A stretch of 27,262 bases of DNA, taken from assembly GCA_963744145.1 (NCBI GenBank), contig CAVUSO010000003.1, forward strand, positions 1 to 27,262, given 5' to 3'. This document shows positions 27,200-27,262 of the stretch, piece by piece (within the stretch, counting starts at the first letter, position 1; each line of letters begins with the position of its first letter). The stretch is from an uncultured cyanobacterium (lineage in GTDB: Bacteria; Cyanobacteriota; Cyanobacteriia; Cyanobacteriales; CAWUOF01). A model generated the notes under the pieces. It had not been told where the DNA came from, searched no databases, and saw nothing but the letters and a program-made list of their open reading frames with translations. The translations under genes were made by a program, and so were the position numbers.

Positions 27200-27262
27200 C
27201 TTAGTTTTGGTTTGAATAGTTCTTACTTCAAGTTAATCTTTTGCATGGTTTTGATGTTATAA

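Noticed and set aside
27223..27262. Possible 3' end of an upstream minus-strand gene (...YNIKTMQKINLK*)
   Set aside because: Only about 12 codons are visible, too few to support a call.
1..27262. rRNA, tRNA, transposase, integrase or phage genes
   Set aside because: None recognised; nearly all of the sequence is accounted for by biosynthetic CDS.

Overview
This 27.3-kb AT-rich window is probably cyanobacterial: I counted about 25 perfect HIP1 octamers (GCGATCGC) by eye. It lies entirely inside one minus-strand, tightly coupled glycan/NDP-sugar biosynthesis cluster that runs off the left end and probably continues past the right end. It holds 25 CDS, including a left-truncated GT2 gene absent from the ORF track. 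The gene set comprises: a complete GDP-heptose-type activation route (GmhA, HddA, nucleotidyltransferase-GmhB fusion); two unrelated-looking ThDP-dependent E1 alpha/beta pairs with no E2/E3; five extended SDR epimerase/dehydratase/reductases, several with altered catalytic motifs; an RmlC-like cupin epimerase; a classical SDR; a Zn-dependent MDR dehydrogenase; a 2OG/Fe(II) dioxygenase; a B12-dependent radical SAM enzyme; five SAM methyltransferases; a NUDIX hydrolase; and three glycosyltransferases carrying TPR or TPR-like segments. No flippase, polymerase or ABC exporter is seen. The best candidate for an undescribed system is a pathway making a branched or higher-carbon, heavily methylated sugar that TPR-glycosyltransferases transfer, possibly onto proteins; this is inference. 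The only large intergenic gap holds a perfect 2 x 60-bp tandem duplication of a GTAG-type REP-like hairpin. Family assignments come from motif recognition only; no searches were run.
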